From the NCBI GenBank assembly GCA_027858965.1, contig JAQIBS010000107.1, forward strand, positions 35,617 through 99,616: a stretch of DNA of 64,000 nt. The letters are read 5' to 3'. Source of the DNA: Kiritimatiellia bacterium. Lineage in GTDB: Bacteria; Verrucomicrobiota; Kiritimatiellia; RFP12; UBA1067. Below, one piece after another: positions 20,011-29,271 of the stretch. Below the pieces are notes generated by a model, which saw nothing but the letters and a program-made list of their open reading frames with translations, did not search any database and was not told the origin of the DNA. Position numbers and translations under genes: made by a program. Positions within the stretch are counted from its first letter, which is position 1; the number at the start of each line of letters is the position of its first letter.

Positions 20011-21276
20011 ATGGCGTACGATAAAATCAAAGTCCCGGATTTTGGCAAAAAGATTACGATGAATGCCGGTGGAAAACTTAATGTGCCTGACCAACCGATT
20101 ATTCCATTTATCGAAGGTGATGGTATTGGTGCTGATATAACTAAAGCGGCCATGATTGTATGGGATGCCGCTGTCGAAGCCGCCTATGGCGACAGCCGTA
20201 AGATTGCCTGGATGGAGGTTTATGCGGGAGAGAAGGCCATTGATACATATGACGCTGAAACATGGCTGCCCAAAGAGACCCTGGAAGCTTGCCGCGAATA
20301 TCTGGTCTCAATCAAAGGACCTTTGACTACACCGGTTGGTGGAGGAATCCGCTCTCTGAATGTAGCTCTGCGCCAGGAACTGGACTTGTATGTATGTCTA
20401 CGCCCCGTTCGCTGGTTTGACGGAGTTCCCTCTCCGGTCAAGAAACCTGAGCTGACTAATATGGTTATCTTCCGTGAAAACACCGAGGATATCTACGCCG
20501 GTATTGAGTGGATGGCAAAGAGTGATGATGCCAAAAAGATTATCGCTTTTATGCAGGAGGAGCTGGGTGTAGATAAGATCCGTTTCCCTGAAAGTTCATC
20601 TATCGGTATCAAGCCGGTCTCTGAAGAGGGCACTAAGCGTTTGGTTCGTGCTGCTATTGATTACGTAATTGCTAACGATCGTAAGAGTATGACTCTGGTT
20701 CATAAAGGTAATATCATGAAGTTTACCGAAGGTGGCTTCCGTGACTGGGGTTATGAGGTGGCCAAAAAGGAGTATGGCGCTAAGTTGATGGGTGATGGCC
20801 CCTGGCGCTCTTTCAAGAACCCGAAGACCGGCCGTGAGATTGTTGTTAAGGATTGCATTGCCGATGCATTCCTTCAGCAGATTCTGACTCGTCCAGCTGA
20901 GTATGATGTGATTGCAACATTGAACCTGAATGGTGATTACATCTCTGATTCGTTGGCTGCCTGTGTTGGCGGTATTGGAATTGCTCCAGGCGGTAATATC
21001 AATTATGTAACCGGTGTTTCTATCTTTGAAGCAACTCACGGTACAGCACCGAAGTATGCCGGTCTGGATAAGGTTAACCCTGGCTCGCTGATTCTCTCCG
21101 GTGAGATGATGTTGCGTTACATGGGCTGGACAGAGGCTGCTGATAAAATCATCCTGGCGATGGATAAGGTCATCGGTGCTAAGACTGTGACCTACGACTT
21201 TGCACGCCTGATGGCGGGTGCTAAGCTGACATGCTGCAGCGATTTTGCTAAGGCGCTTGCTGCTGCAATGAAGTAG
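20011..21276 (+). CDS. icd: NADP-dependent isocitrate dehydrogenase
   Basis: Roughly 420 aa and the IDH signature [22 protein letters not shown]...NLNGDYISD. Confidence 0.9.
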   Translation: MAYDKIKVPDFGKKITMNAGGKLNVPDQPIIPFIEGDGIGADITKAAMIVWDAAVEAAYGDSRKIAWMEVYAGEKAIDTYDAETWLPKETLEACREYLVSIKGPLTTPVGGGIRSLNVALRQELDLYVCLRPVRWFDGVPSPVKKPELTNMVIFRENTEDIYAGIEWMAKSDDAKKIIAFMQEELGVDKIRFPESSSIGIKPVSEEGTKRLVRAAIDYVIANDRKSMTLVHKGNIMKFTEGGFRDWGYEVAKKEYGAKLMGDGPWRSFKNPKTGREIVVKDCIADAFLQQILTRPAEYDVIATLNLNGDYISDSLAACVGGIGIAPGGNINYVTGVSIFEATHGTAPKYAGLDKVNPGSLILSGEMMLRYMGWTEAADKIILAMDKVIGAKTVTYDFARLMAGAKLTCCSDFAKALAAAMK

Positions 21277-21525
21277 AGCTAAAGCTGCTTTCCGCCGCAA
21301 CCAAACTGAGCTAGTGTGATGTACGAAATCAGCTTCTCTAAACGTCTCTTTTTGTGTTAAGCATCGCAGCTTTAGACAACAACGCTTCGCGTTGCATAAG
21401 AAAACATAGAAGAGAGATCAATTTTCAGAAGACAATTTTGAGGTTTAAGCACCAAAGTGAACGGCCCGCACTTTAGCACTCAAACCTCTGCGCCCTCAGC
21501 GCCCTCAGCGAGGAATAAACAGCGG

Positions 21526-22539
21526 TCAATTAACGATGCAGAGTGATGCATCTGTTGCATCCGAAAGGAAGAGAGCGGCCTGCTCTACCGCCGATGAGCC
21601 CATGCGGACATTGGCTTCAACGGTGTTTGATCCGCAGTGCGGAGTAAGCACAATATTATCAAGTGTTCGTAAATCTTTATCGGCGTTGGCCGGTTGATAG
21701 GGTTCGTTGACGAAAACATCGGTGGCCGCAGCGGCAAGATGACCTGATGTAAGAGCATCATATAGCGCTGCTTCATCTACAATGCCACCACGTCCAATGT
21801 TGAGCAGCACGCTGCCTGTTTTCATCTGCGCGAGTTGATCAACACCAATCAGATTCTTTGTCGTATCTGTGAGCGGCAGGTGGATGCTGACGATATCTGC
21901 CCGTGGCAACAGAGTCATTAGATCTTGTGAGTAGCCTTCAAATCCAAAGGTTTCGCGTAGGGCTTCATGCGAACAGCCCGTGTTTGAGAGCCATTCGCTC
22001 TCGGACCTGCTGTCGCAAACCAGTGTCCGCACTCCAAAACCCAGGTGCAGCATGCGCATAACTTTCATTCCAATCTTGCCGCCTCCGATGATCAATGCTG
22101 TTTGCCCGCAGAGCTCCCGTCCGCAGATGGGTGCGAACTCTCCGTTACGAATGGTTGCATCCAGGCGTGGAATACGGCGCATAAGGGAGCCGATATGAAA
22201 CAGGGCCAGCTCGGCAACGCTGGTCTGGATGTCCACTGGCGTATTGACCAGCGTGATCCCTTTGGCCTTGGCGAGCGGTTTGTTGATGCTGTCGGTTCCG
22301 AATCCAAAGCGGATGATCAAGGCACCTTTATCTCCTGCATTTTCGGCTAGTGCATCATAAAGTTCGCCCTTGTATGGGTCAACACCCAGTACGACGGCGC
22401 GGCAGCCTGTAGCGCGAATGGTTTCAGCGAGGGTGGCCTCATCAGAGGCTACAGGACGACACTCGAGCTCGGGAGAGTCGGTGAAGACCGCTACAGCTTT
22501 GTTGTATTCAGCCTGGGTTGCGAGTACGATATTTTTCAA
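21526..22539 (-). CDS. D-isomer-specific 2-hydroxyacid dehydrogenase (glyoxylate/hydroxypyruvate reductase-like)
   Basis: NAD-binding GGGKIGMKV motif and a catalytic His region (TPHCGSNT). Confidence 0.8.
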   Translation of the reverse strand: MKNIVLATQAEYNKAVAVFTDSPELECRPVASDEATLAETIRATGCRAVVLGVDPYKGELYDALAENAGDKGALIIRFGFGTDSINKPLAKAKGITLVNTPVDIQTSVAELALFHIGSLMRRIPRLDATIRNGEFAPICGRELCGQTALIIGGGKIGMKVMRMLHLGFGVRTLVCDSRSESEWLSNTGCSHEALRETFGFEGYSQDLMTLLPRADIVSIHLPLTDTTKNLIGVDQLAQMKTGSVLLNIGRGGIVDEAALYDALTSGHLAAAATDVFVNEPYQPANADKDLRTLDNIVLTPHCGSNTVEANVRMGSSAVEQAALFLSDATDASLCIVN

Positions 22540-22627
22540 AATGTCATTCCTTCAATTTCTTTGCCTTAAAACCCCGCAGTAAAGATATATGACAGAATCA
22601 TTAAGGACAGAATCATTTTGAGCAGCA

Positions 22628-23383
22628 TTACTTGACATTCTTTAGCAGTTGCCGGCAGCCGTTCATAATCAGGTGGGTGTCAAGGCTGCATCCGATGAAG
22701 CGGTATCCGTTATCAACGCGCTCCTGAATGCGTGCGGCTTCCGGCGGTACAACGTGGTAGCCGGGTGCAATATTCTGTCGGCGACAGGCTTCCAGAATTT
22801 TTTGTTCCGCAGCAAGTACATCCGGGTGATCGAGCTCCCCAGGTATGCCCATAGAGGCGGAGAGATCATAGGGACCGATAAAGGCCGCATCAATCCCCGG
22901 TCGCGCGAGAATTTCGTCGGCACGTTCTGCTGCCAGCACATGTTCCAGCATCACGGCAACAAAGACTTCGTCGTTATGTTGGCTGATGTAGCTGTCGAAG
23001 TTGCGTCCGTAGTCCAGCGCCCGTGAGAGAGAGGTGCCTCGGTTGCCCTGCGGTGGGTAACGCACAGCAGCGGTCATGATGTCGACATCTTCGGGTGACA
23101 TTATGCTGGGAACAATAACTCCTTTAGCTCCGGCATCCAGGACATGTTTGGCCAGCACTGGGTTCACCCCATCGAGTCGGACAAAAAGGTCGCAGCCGGA
23201 GGGGCGAATCGCCCGCTCGATCTGTTCAATCTGTGAGAGTTCAACCGCCGCATGTTCCATGTCGACCGCGATCCAGTCAAAGCCTTCGCCTGCCATGATT
23301 TCGGCAATGGAGGGGTGGGGGATTAGCATCCATCCACCGAAGGCGCATTCGCCATTACGGATCTTCTGTTTAGTATTAGCCAT
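22628..23383 (-). CDS. HpcH/HpaI-family 2-keto-3-deoxy-acid aldolase
   Basis: About 250 aa with aldolase motifs (GFDWIAVDMEH, VRLDG), placed in a catabolic operon context. Confidence 0.8.
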   Translation of the reverse strand: MANTKQKIRNGECAFGGWMLIPHPSIAEIMAGEGFDWIAVDMEHAAVELSQIEQIERAIRPSGCDLFVRLDGVNPVLAKHVLDAGAKGVIVPSIMSPEDVDIMTAAVRYPPQGNRGTSLSRALDYGRNFDSYISQHNDEVFVAVMLEHVLAAERADEILARPGIDAAFIGPYDLSASMGIPGELDHPDVLAAEQKILEACRRQNIAPGYHVVPPEAARIQERVDNGYRFIGCSLDTHLIMNGCRQLLKNVK

Positions 23384-23539
23384 ATGGCTCCTTTGCTTAT
23401 GAATTAATTAAAAATTGTATGCGTTGTCTTCTCAGTGTCCTCCGTGGTAAAATCTACACAGTATTCACATCATGTTAATCCTGTAATCCTGTCAAAAAAA
23501 ATTTGCGTCTGAAAATTGATTTAGTATCTGAGGCTGTTC

Positions 23540-24823
23540 TTATTTTAGCCTGCCAGCCGAAAGTTCCACGAGCCACAGAGAGAGATCAGGCACAAAAGTG
23601 ATTATCAGCATCAGCACAGTCAGCATTATATAGAATGGCCAAAGATTGCGTACAATGGATCGTACCGGGGTGCCACTTATGCCTGAGATGACAAATAGCA
23701 GCATGCCGACCGGAGGTGAGAGCAGTCCGACCATAATCCCCAACTGGAAAACCACTCCAAAGTGCACAATATCAATTTGATATGCCTTTAAAACCGGGAG
23801 GAGCAGGGGTGTCAGTATGATCATAATGCTTCCACCCTCCATTACCATACCCAACATCAGAATTAATCCCAGAATCAGGAGTAGAAATATATTCCGGTTT
23901 TGTGTAATAGATTGGAATAATCCAATGAACTGTACCGCATCAACCTCGCGTGTAATCAGAAAACCAAAACAGGAGGCGCAGGCAATGATAATCATAATTG
24001 ACGCGGTGCGACGAGCTGTAACCAGTAGGATGCCGGGGAGATCACGTAGACGTAGAGAGCGGTAGAAGCAGAAGCCGGCCAGTAGGCCATATCCCACTGC
24101 CAGCGCACCAGCTTCTGTGGGTGTTACCAGTCCGCCGAAAATACCTCCTAGAATGATGACCGGCATCATGAGGGCCGGCAGTGCGCTGCGTAGGCTGTCC
24201 CAGAGCTCTTTGCGGCTGTGTGGGTCTCCGCCGGGGTAGCCGTGTCGGTAGGCTGTCCAGGCGCAAACCGACAGTGTTCCCACTGCCAGCAAGGTCCCCG
24301 GGATGGCACCTGCCAGAAACAGCTTGCCAACCGAAGCTCCTGATACAGAGGCGTAAATGATAAAGCCGACGCTTGGTGGAATAATTGGTCCCATGGTTGC
24401 GGCAGCTGCATTTAGGGCTGCTGCATATCCGCGCGGATATCCCTTGCGCTCCATCATGGGAATCATGGTTGATCCAACGGCGGCTGCGCTGGCTATTGCC
24501 GCGCCGGAGACCATCGCCACCAGCATATTGACCACCACCACAACGTATGATAGCCCACCGCGTGGCGGACCGATTATGGCCAGTGCCAGACGTGTCAGGC
24601 GTTGGGTGATCCCGGATCTGTTCATGATTTCGCCGGCCAGCAGAAAGAAGGGTAGGGCCAGCAGCACCAGTGAATCAGCTCCCACGCAAACCCGCTGGGC
24701 AATGATCATGGGCGATAGCTCTGGTGTAGAAAGTATATAAATGAGCGAGCTCAGCCCGAGGGCATAGGCGATCGGCATCCCTAGTATCAGGAGCAGCAGC
24801 ATAAGACCAATCAGGAGTTGCAT
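23540..24823 (-). CDS. dctM: TRAP transporter large permease subunit
   Basis: 427 aa with many TM helices and DctM family similarity. It overlaps the dctQ stop. Confidence 0.85.
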   Translation of the reverse strand: MQLLIGLMLLLLILGMPIAYALGLSSLIYILSTPELSPMIIAQRVCVGADSLVLLALPFFLLAGEIMNRSGITQRLTRLALAIIGPPRGGLSYVVVVVNMLVAMVSGAAIASAAAVGSTMIPMMERKGYPRGYAAALNAAAATMGPIIPPSVGFIIYASVSGASVGKLFLAGAIPGTLLAVGTLSVCAWTAYRHGYPGGDPHSRKELWDSLRSALPALMMPVIILGGIFGGLVTPTEAGALAVGYGLLAGFCFYRSLRLRDLPGILLVTARRTASIMIIIACASCFGFLITREVDAVQFIGLFQSITQNRNIFLLLILGLILMLGMVMEGGSIMIILTPLLLPVLKAYQIDIVHFGVVFQLGIMVGLLSPPVGMLLFVISGISGTPVRSIVRNLWPFYIMLTVLMLIITFVPDLSLWLVELSAGRLK

Positions 24824-25374
24824 GTGTCACCTCCGTTATCCAGAGTTGGACAATCTTCACTGACGGATGCGGTTTCGGAGAATTCACCGCGGATCAGTCG
24901 ACGGATGGCATACCAGAGAGCTAATGCGGCTGAACATGGCAACGCGGCATAAAAGAAAAGGTTGAGCGGCCATTGCAGTGCTGATGTATACGAGCCGCGT
25001 GTGGACCACACCCAGCACCCCCCCAGAATCACCAAAGCGCCATGAAAGAGAGCAACTCCTATCAGCATTGCAAATTCCACTTGATGACGGTATCGGCTGG
25101 AAAATTTTTCGACAAAGTACTCGACGCGAATGTGTTCACGTTCACGCAGTGTGACCGCGGCTCCCAGCAGCGTGAACCAGACAAAGAGATAGCGGACCAA
25201 TTCGTCGCTCCAGGAGAGAGAGTGATTCAGGACGTAGCGAAAGAAGACAGCTGTCAGTACGATACAGACAATGCTCGCACTGAGGCTTGCCAGCAATGTG
25301 TCGGCCACACGATCTATAATCGACGCAAACGAACTGCTTTTTTTTGAAATGGTATTTTTTGTTGTGTCTATCAT
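24811..25374 (-). CDS. dctQ: TRAP transporter small permease subunit
   Basis: About 185 aa with 4 TM helices, immediately upstream of and overlapping dctM. Confidence 0.7.
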   Translation of the reverse strand: MIDTTKNTISKKSSSFASIIDRVADTLLASLSASIVCIVLTAVFFRYVLNHSLSWSDELVRYLFVWFTLLGAAVTLREREHIRVEYFVEKFSSRYRHQVEFAMLIGVALFHGALVILGGCWVWSTRGSYTSALQWPLNLFFYAALPCSAALALWYAIRRLIRGEFSETASVSEDCPTLDNGGDTCNS

Positions 25375-25451
25375 TGGGTATAAGCTTTCCAAAAACTTTG
25401 TCTATTTGACCTTAAAAGACCAAGTAAAATCTGATTTTAACGTAAATCCAT

Positions 25452-25532
25452 CTTTCGGGATCGCTATCGGCATCGGTATCGCTACTCGAACTGCATTTTC
25501 GATAGCGATGCCGATAGCGATCCCGATTCCGA
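25452..25532. repeat. Inverted hexamer-repeat hairpin (GGTATC/GGCATC arrays with ~28-bp arms) in the dctQ leader, downstream of gntR
   Basis: ATCGCTATCGGCATCGGTATCGCTACTCG ... CGATAGCGATGCCGATAGCGATCCCGAT; the two arms are reverse complements. Confidence 0.7.
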
Positions 25533-25628
25533 ACTTCAACTTAAACGGCGCTACCTCTTCACTTTAGAACTCTCGAACTCTCGAACTTTAGAATTTCTCC
25601 ACTCCGCGACCAGCTCGTACCTAGCCGC

Positions 25629-26342
25629 TTAATTTTTGGTCTGCGGGGCACTCTCTTCGGAGAGATAGGCCTCCAGAGCGTTATGGTCAAACTGAGAGCC
25701 GAACTGTACATGCTTGCGCATGGCTTGCTCCGCTGTGTCGGGGTCGCCGGTCAGGAGTTGGCGTACAAGAAGCTGATGCCACTCTTTGGGAATATCCAGT
25801 ATCTTAATGGATTTAAGACTGTTGAACTTCATATACTGCTGGAACCAGACCTTCTTCAGCATTTTAACGAATATGCCGCATCCGCTTAAACGTCCGAGTT
25901 CTAGGTGAAATTCAAGATGCATCTGGTTTCCCAGGGTGGGGTCAGTCGTGTCGGCCCGGGTGAAACGATCCACCTGCTGAGCAAGTTTCATCAGTTTATC
26001 GCCGTCCCTTGGCTTTAAATTAAGCGCGCATAAACGTGCTACCTGGCACTCCAGTGCCTCCCGCAGCATCAGATCATCGTTGATATCTTCTATTGTTAAT
26101 GAGCGTACACGGCATCCGGCCAGCGGCCGGTTCTCCACATAGCCATCTATCTCCAGCATATAGAGAGCTTCAATTACCGGGAGGGTGCTGACGCCAAGCC
26201 GTGTTGCGATCTCTTTGCGCACCAGACGTTCACCGGGCTTAAGCAGTCCATCAATAATATTCTCGCGCAGTATACTGTATACTCGGCGTGAGAGGGTTTT
26301 CTCTCCCTCTTTTGGAACTTTCTTTGTCAGATAGTTGGCCAT
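25629..26342 (-). CDS. GntR-family transcriptional regulator (FadR/FCD C-terminal domain)
   Basis: N-terminal winged-HTH (LKPGERLVRKEIATRLGVSTLPVIEAL) and a ~150 aa helical effector domain. Confidence 0.85.
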   Translation of the reverse strand: MANYLTKKVPKEGEKTLSRRVYSILRENIIDGLLKPGERLVRKEIATRLGVSTLPVIEALYMLEIDGYVENRPLAGCRVRSLTIEDINDDLMLREALECQVARLCALNLKPRDGDKLMKLAQQVDRFTRADTTDPTLGNQMHLEFHLELGRLSGCGIFVKMLKKVWFQQYMKFNSLKSIKILDIPKEWHQLLVRQLLTGDPDTAEQAMRKHVQFGSQFDHNALEAYLSEESAPQTKN

Positions 26343-26615
26343 TGTTCTCCTTTGCGTTTTAATATATCAAAACCTCGGTTGTTATGTCAAATGCTTAAGT
26401 TCAAATTATTGTTAATGAGTATGCTTTGATTTAGATGGGTGATTTTGGATGTGTGCCGGATGTTTAAATTTGCACCCAATTTGCAATAAAACCCTTTATA
26501 TAAAGGGACTAAATGGTTATAAAACCCTCTGTTTGTGGTTTCGTTGGGGAGATAGTATTTATGTTCGATTTTTGATGCATCATCTGCTTTAGAGTAAGTA
26601 GGGTGATATTAGCCG

Positions 26616-26644
26616 TTGACAATTGCAATATGATATATCATAAT
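26616..26644 (+). promoter_or_regulatory. Sigma70-type promoter (TTGACA, 17 bp, CATAAT) with an embedded TGATATATCA palindrome, for LamG paralog 1
   Basis: Hexamers and spacing read from the sequence. A near-identical 31-bp block precedes LamG paralog 2. Confidence 0.6.
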
Positions 26645-26698
26645 GAAAAAACTTAATATAAAAGTAGATTGCTAATCTTTAAAGGCAAAGGAGATGTT

Positions 26699-28981
26699 AT
26701 GAAGTGTCATAAAATTGTATTCTCGATATGTGCGAGTGTCATATTGACCGCTATGTGTGTCAATGCCCAGGATTCTGGTCGATTGGTCGGTTGGTGGAAG
26801 ATGGATGAAGCCCCCGGAGCTACAACACTAGTGGATTCATCCGGTTATGGAAGAAATGCTACTCTTGGCACGGGAGCGTCTATTATTGATGGGCCGTTCG
26901 GTAAAGCTGTGCTTTTTGATGGCAGCGCCGATGCCTGGGCGGAGTTTGCCAATCCCTCGACTCTAACGAATTTCACCCTCTCCGCCTGGGTCAAGGTGAC
27001 TTCGTTTACAAACTCATATCCGAAGATGTTTCAGCTGGGTGGTTGCTACTATCAGTTCAACACAGCGAACCCAGGTAGATTCGGCCTTGGTATCGGTACT
27101 TCCCCCCGTGCGGACTGGATGTCTAATGGAACTGATCCATTTATTGCTGAAACAGGTAAGTGGTTGCATACTGCTGTTGTTATCAAGCGAAACTATACAA
27201 ATGCAACTGCCTGGATTGCCCAGCCTACCTTTTTTATCAACGGGGTGCGCTGTGGCACTCTGCAGACTCCGAAGAACTATTCGCCGGAGGCAGCGGGAGG
27301 TACCTATGGATATCTCGGCAATACCGGTCCCGGTGGAACCCGTGCGTTTGATGGAGCAATGGATGATGTCCGTATTTATGATCAGGTGCTCTCTGATCGT
27401 GAGATTCTTGATATCTATCAGAATTGCCCAGTTGCCGTTGATGCGGGAATAGACCGGATATGTCACCGCGCAACTGCCCAGCTGCAGGGCCGCTTGATCA
27501 GCACCAACCCCTACAGCGCCGCACGTCCGGCAACAAGTTTTTGGAGTGTTGTCTTATCGCCTGTAGGCAATCTGCCGATATTTGAAAATGACTCCCTGCC
27601 CTCGACATCGGTAACGCTGCCCGAGGATGGCGTTCATGTGTTCAGGCTGACCGCTGTCGGCGAACAGGGAATAACATCGAATGATGTTACCATTGTCCAC
27701 GATTCCGGTGAAGCTGCCGGCAATGCGGCACCGGTTGTCACCCTGCCTTGGTCGGCAACAACGGCCGTCTTCTCTCAGGGCATTGCTTTGTCAGGAGCTG
27801 TAACAGATGACAGTATGCCCTCGGCCACACCCTCCGTATGCTGGAGTAAAGTGAGTGGACCGGGTGGTGTTTTCTTTGACAATACCTTCACTGACACCAC
27901 CACCGCCTATTTCTCTGCCAATGGCATCTATGTTCTTCAACTGGAGGCCGATGATGGTGCGGCAACGGGATCTGATCAGGTGACAGTCACTGTGAACCTG
28001 CCGGCAGGAGACCTGACGGACGGGCTGATCCACTGGTGGCAGATGGATGAAGATCCTAAATTGACAAGTTCCTATGACTCTGCCGGTGCGAAGACGCTGA
28101 GCCTGCGTAACAAGACCCTTCTGCAGCCAGGCAAGACCGGGAACGGGCTTCGATTCCCGGTGCCGGCTTCTTATGCGCAGACCACGATTTTCACCAATGC
28201 GGAGAGCTTTACTTTCTCCCTCTGGCTCTATTATGATGCTGCCTACACCAATAATATTGGCAAGCGGATCTTTGATTATGGAACGTCGCGGTTCTACCTG
28301 TATTTCAACGGGGACAAGGTCTATCTGGCAACAAAAAATTTAGCGGAAACGCGTGATTATGCCTGGACCCAGCAAAATTACTCTCTGGAAAACGATAAAA
28401 GTAAGTGGGTCCATCTCGCGGTCACATATGACCGTCGTCCCAACCCCTCTATCGGACAGACGCAGACCTTCTATGTCAACGGTGTCTCAACTGGCTCTTC
28501 AGCGTTGACCGTTGCATACGATGGGTCAAAGGCCTTCACCCCCGGTGGTGAATTGAGAATTGGCGGCAATGGTTCAGTGCGCAATTTTGACGGGGTTTTC
28601 GACGACATGCGCGTCTATGACCGCCTGCTCTCTGAGGAGGAGGTCAAATTGCTGGCGGTGGATCCGGATAACAACCATGCGCCTGTTATTGAGGCCTCTG
28701 CCGCATTAACCACTCAGGTCGGGAAGCCGGTTGGTTCACTGGCCACGGTTTATGATGACGGGCAGCCCCGGGATCAGAGCCTTGCGACATCCTGGTCGGT
28801 GGTCTCAGGAGATGCCGGCAAAGTGATATTTGCGGATGATACAGACCCGGCCACCACCATCACAATTACCAAAACCGGTGAATATGTGTTGATGCTCTCC
28901 GCGACTGACGGTGAGTTGTCAAATGCCGTTAATATTCATATCACAGCCGCATCCTCCGGTACATTGCTGATGGTGCAATAA
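26699..28981 (+). CDS. Secreted concanavalin-A-like/LamG-domain protein with two LamG domains and Ig/PKD-like repeats
   Basis: Signal peptide, the LVGWWKMDEAPGATTLVDSSGYGRNATLG LamG N-terminal motif and the C-terminal DPDNNHAPVIEA Ig-like repeats. The start was set at the ATG at 26699, which has a GGAG Shine-Dalgarno. Confidence 0.7.
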   Translation: MKCHKIVFSICASVILTAMCVNAQDSGRLVGWWKMDEAPGATTLVDSSGYGRNATLGTGASIIDGPFGKAVLFDGSADAWAEFANPSTLTNFTLSAWVKVTSFTNSYPKMFQLGGCYYQFNTANPGRFGLGIGTSPRADWMSNGTDPFIAETGKWLHTAVVIKRNYTNATAWIAQPTFFINGVRCGTLQTPKNYSPEAAGGTYGYLGNTGPGGTRAFDGAMDDVRIYDQVLSDREILDIYQNCPVAVDAGIDRICHRATAQLQGRLISTNPYSAARPATSFWSVVLSPVGNLPIFENDSLPSTSVTLPEDGVHVFRLTAVGEQGITSNDVTIVHDSGEAAGNAAPVVTLPWSATTAVFSQGIALSGAVTDDSMPSATPSVCWSKVSGPGGVFFDNTFTDTTTAYFSANGIYVLQLEADDGAATGSDQVTVTVNLPAGDLTDGLIHWWQMDEDPKLTSSYDSAGAKTLSLRNKTLLQPGKTGNGLRFPVPASYAQTTIFTNAESFTFSLWLYYDAAYTNNIGKRIFDYGTSRFYLYFNGDKVYLATKNLAETRDYAWTQQNYSLENDKSKWVHLAVTYDRRPNPSIGQTQTFYVNGVSTGSSALTVAYDGSKAFTPGGELRIGGNGSVRNFDGVFDDMRVYDRLLSEEEVKLLAVDPDNNHAPVIEASAALTTQVGKPVGSLATVYDDGQPRDQSLATSWSVVSGDAGKVIFADDTDPATTITITKTGEYVLMLSATDGELSNAVNIHITAASSGTLLMVQ

Positions 28982-29000
28982 GTCGTCCAGATACCGGTCG

Positions 29001-29183
29001 AATTGGAGGGGCGCTGGCCCAGCGCCCGTGAGCAGGTGTCGAGCGTACGGATAGCGGACCGTGAGGCCACGGTCCCTCCAGAATCGCGGCGATGCCGCGA
29101 TCGGATTGACTTGCAGTTGCTGGCCTGACCCGCCGCGTGTGGCTTGAAATGGAGGGGCGCTGGCCCAGCGCCCGTGAGCAGGT
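29001..29183. repeat. Two direct copies (~38 bp, 145 bp apart) of a palindromic element GGAGGGGCGCTGGCCCAGCGCCCGTGAGCAGGT, with further hairpins between them
   Basis: Copies lie at 29001-29037 and 29146-29183. Each contains a perfect GGGCGCTGG/CCAGCGCCC palindrome. Confidence 0.75.
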
Positions 29184-29271
29184 ACTGAGCGTAGGGCATA
29201 AATAGCGTGGAAGAGCCAAAAGTTAACCCAGAGTTTAATACATACAGTTTTTACAGGAGAATATTTACCAA

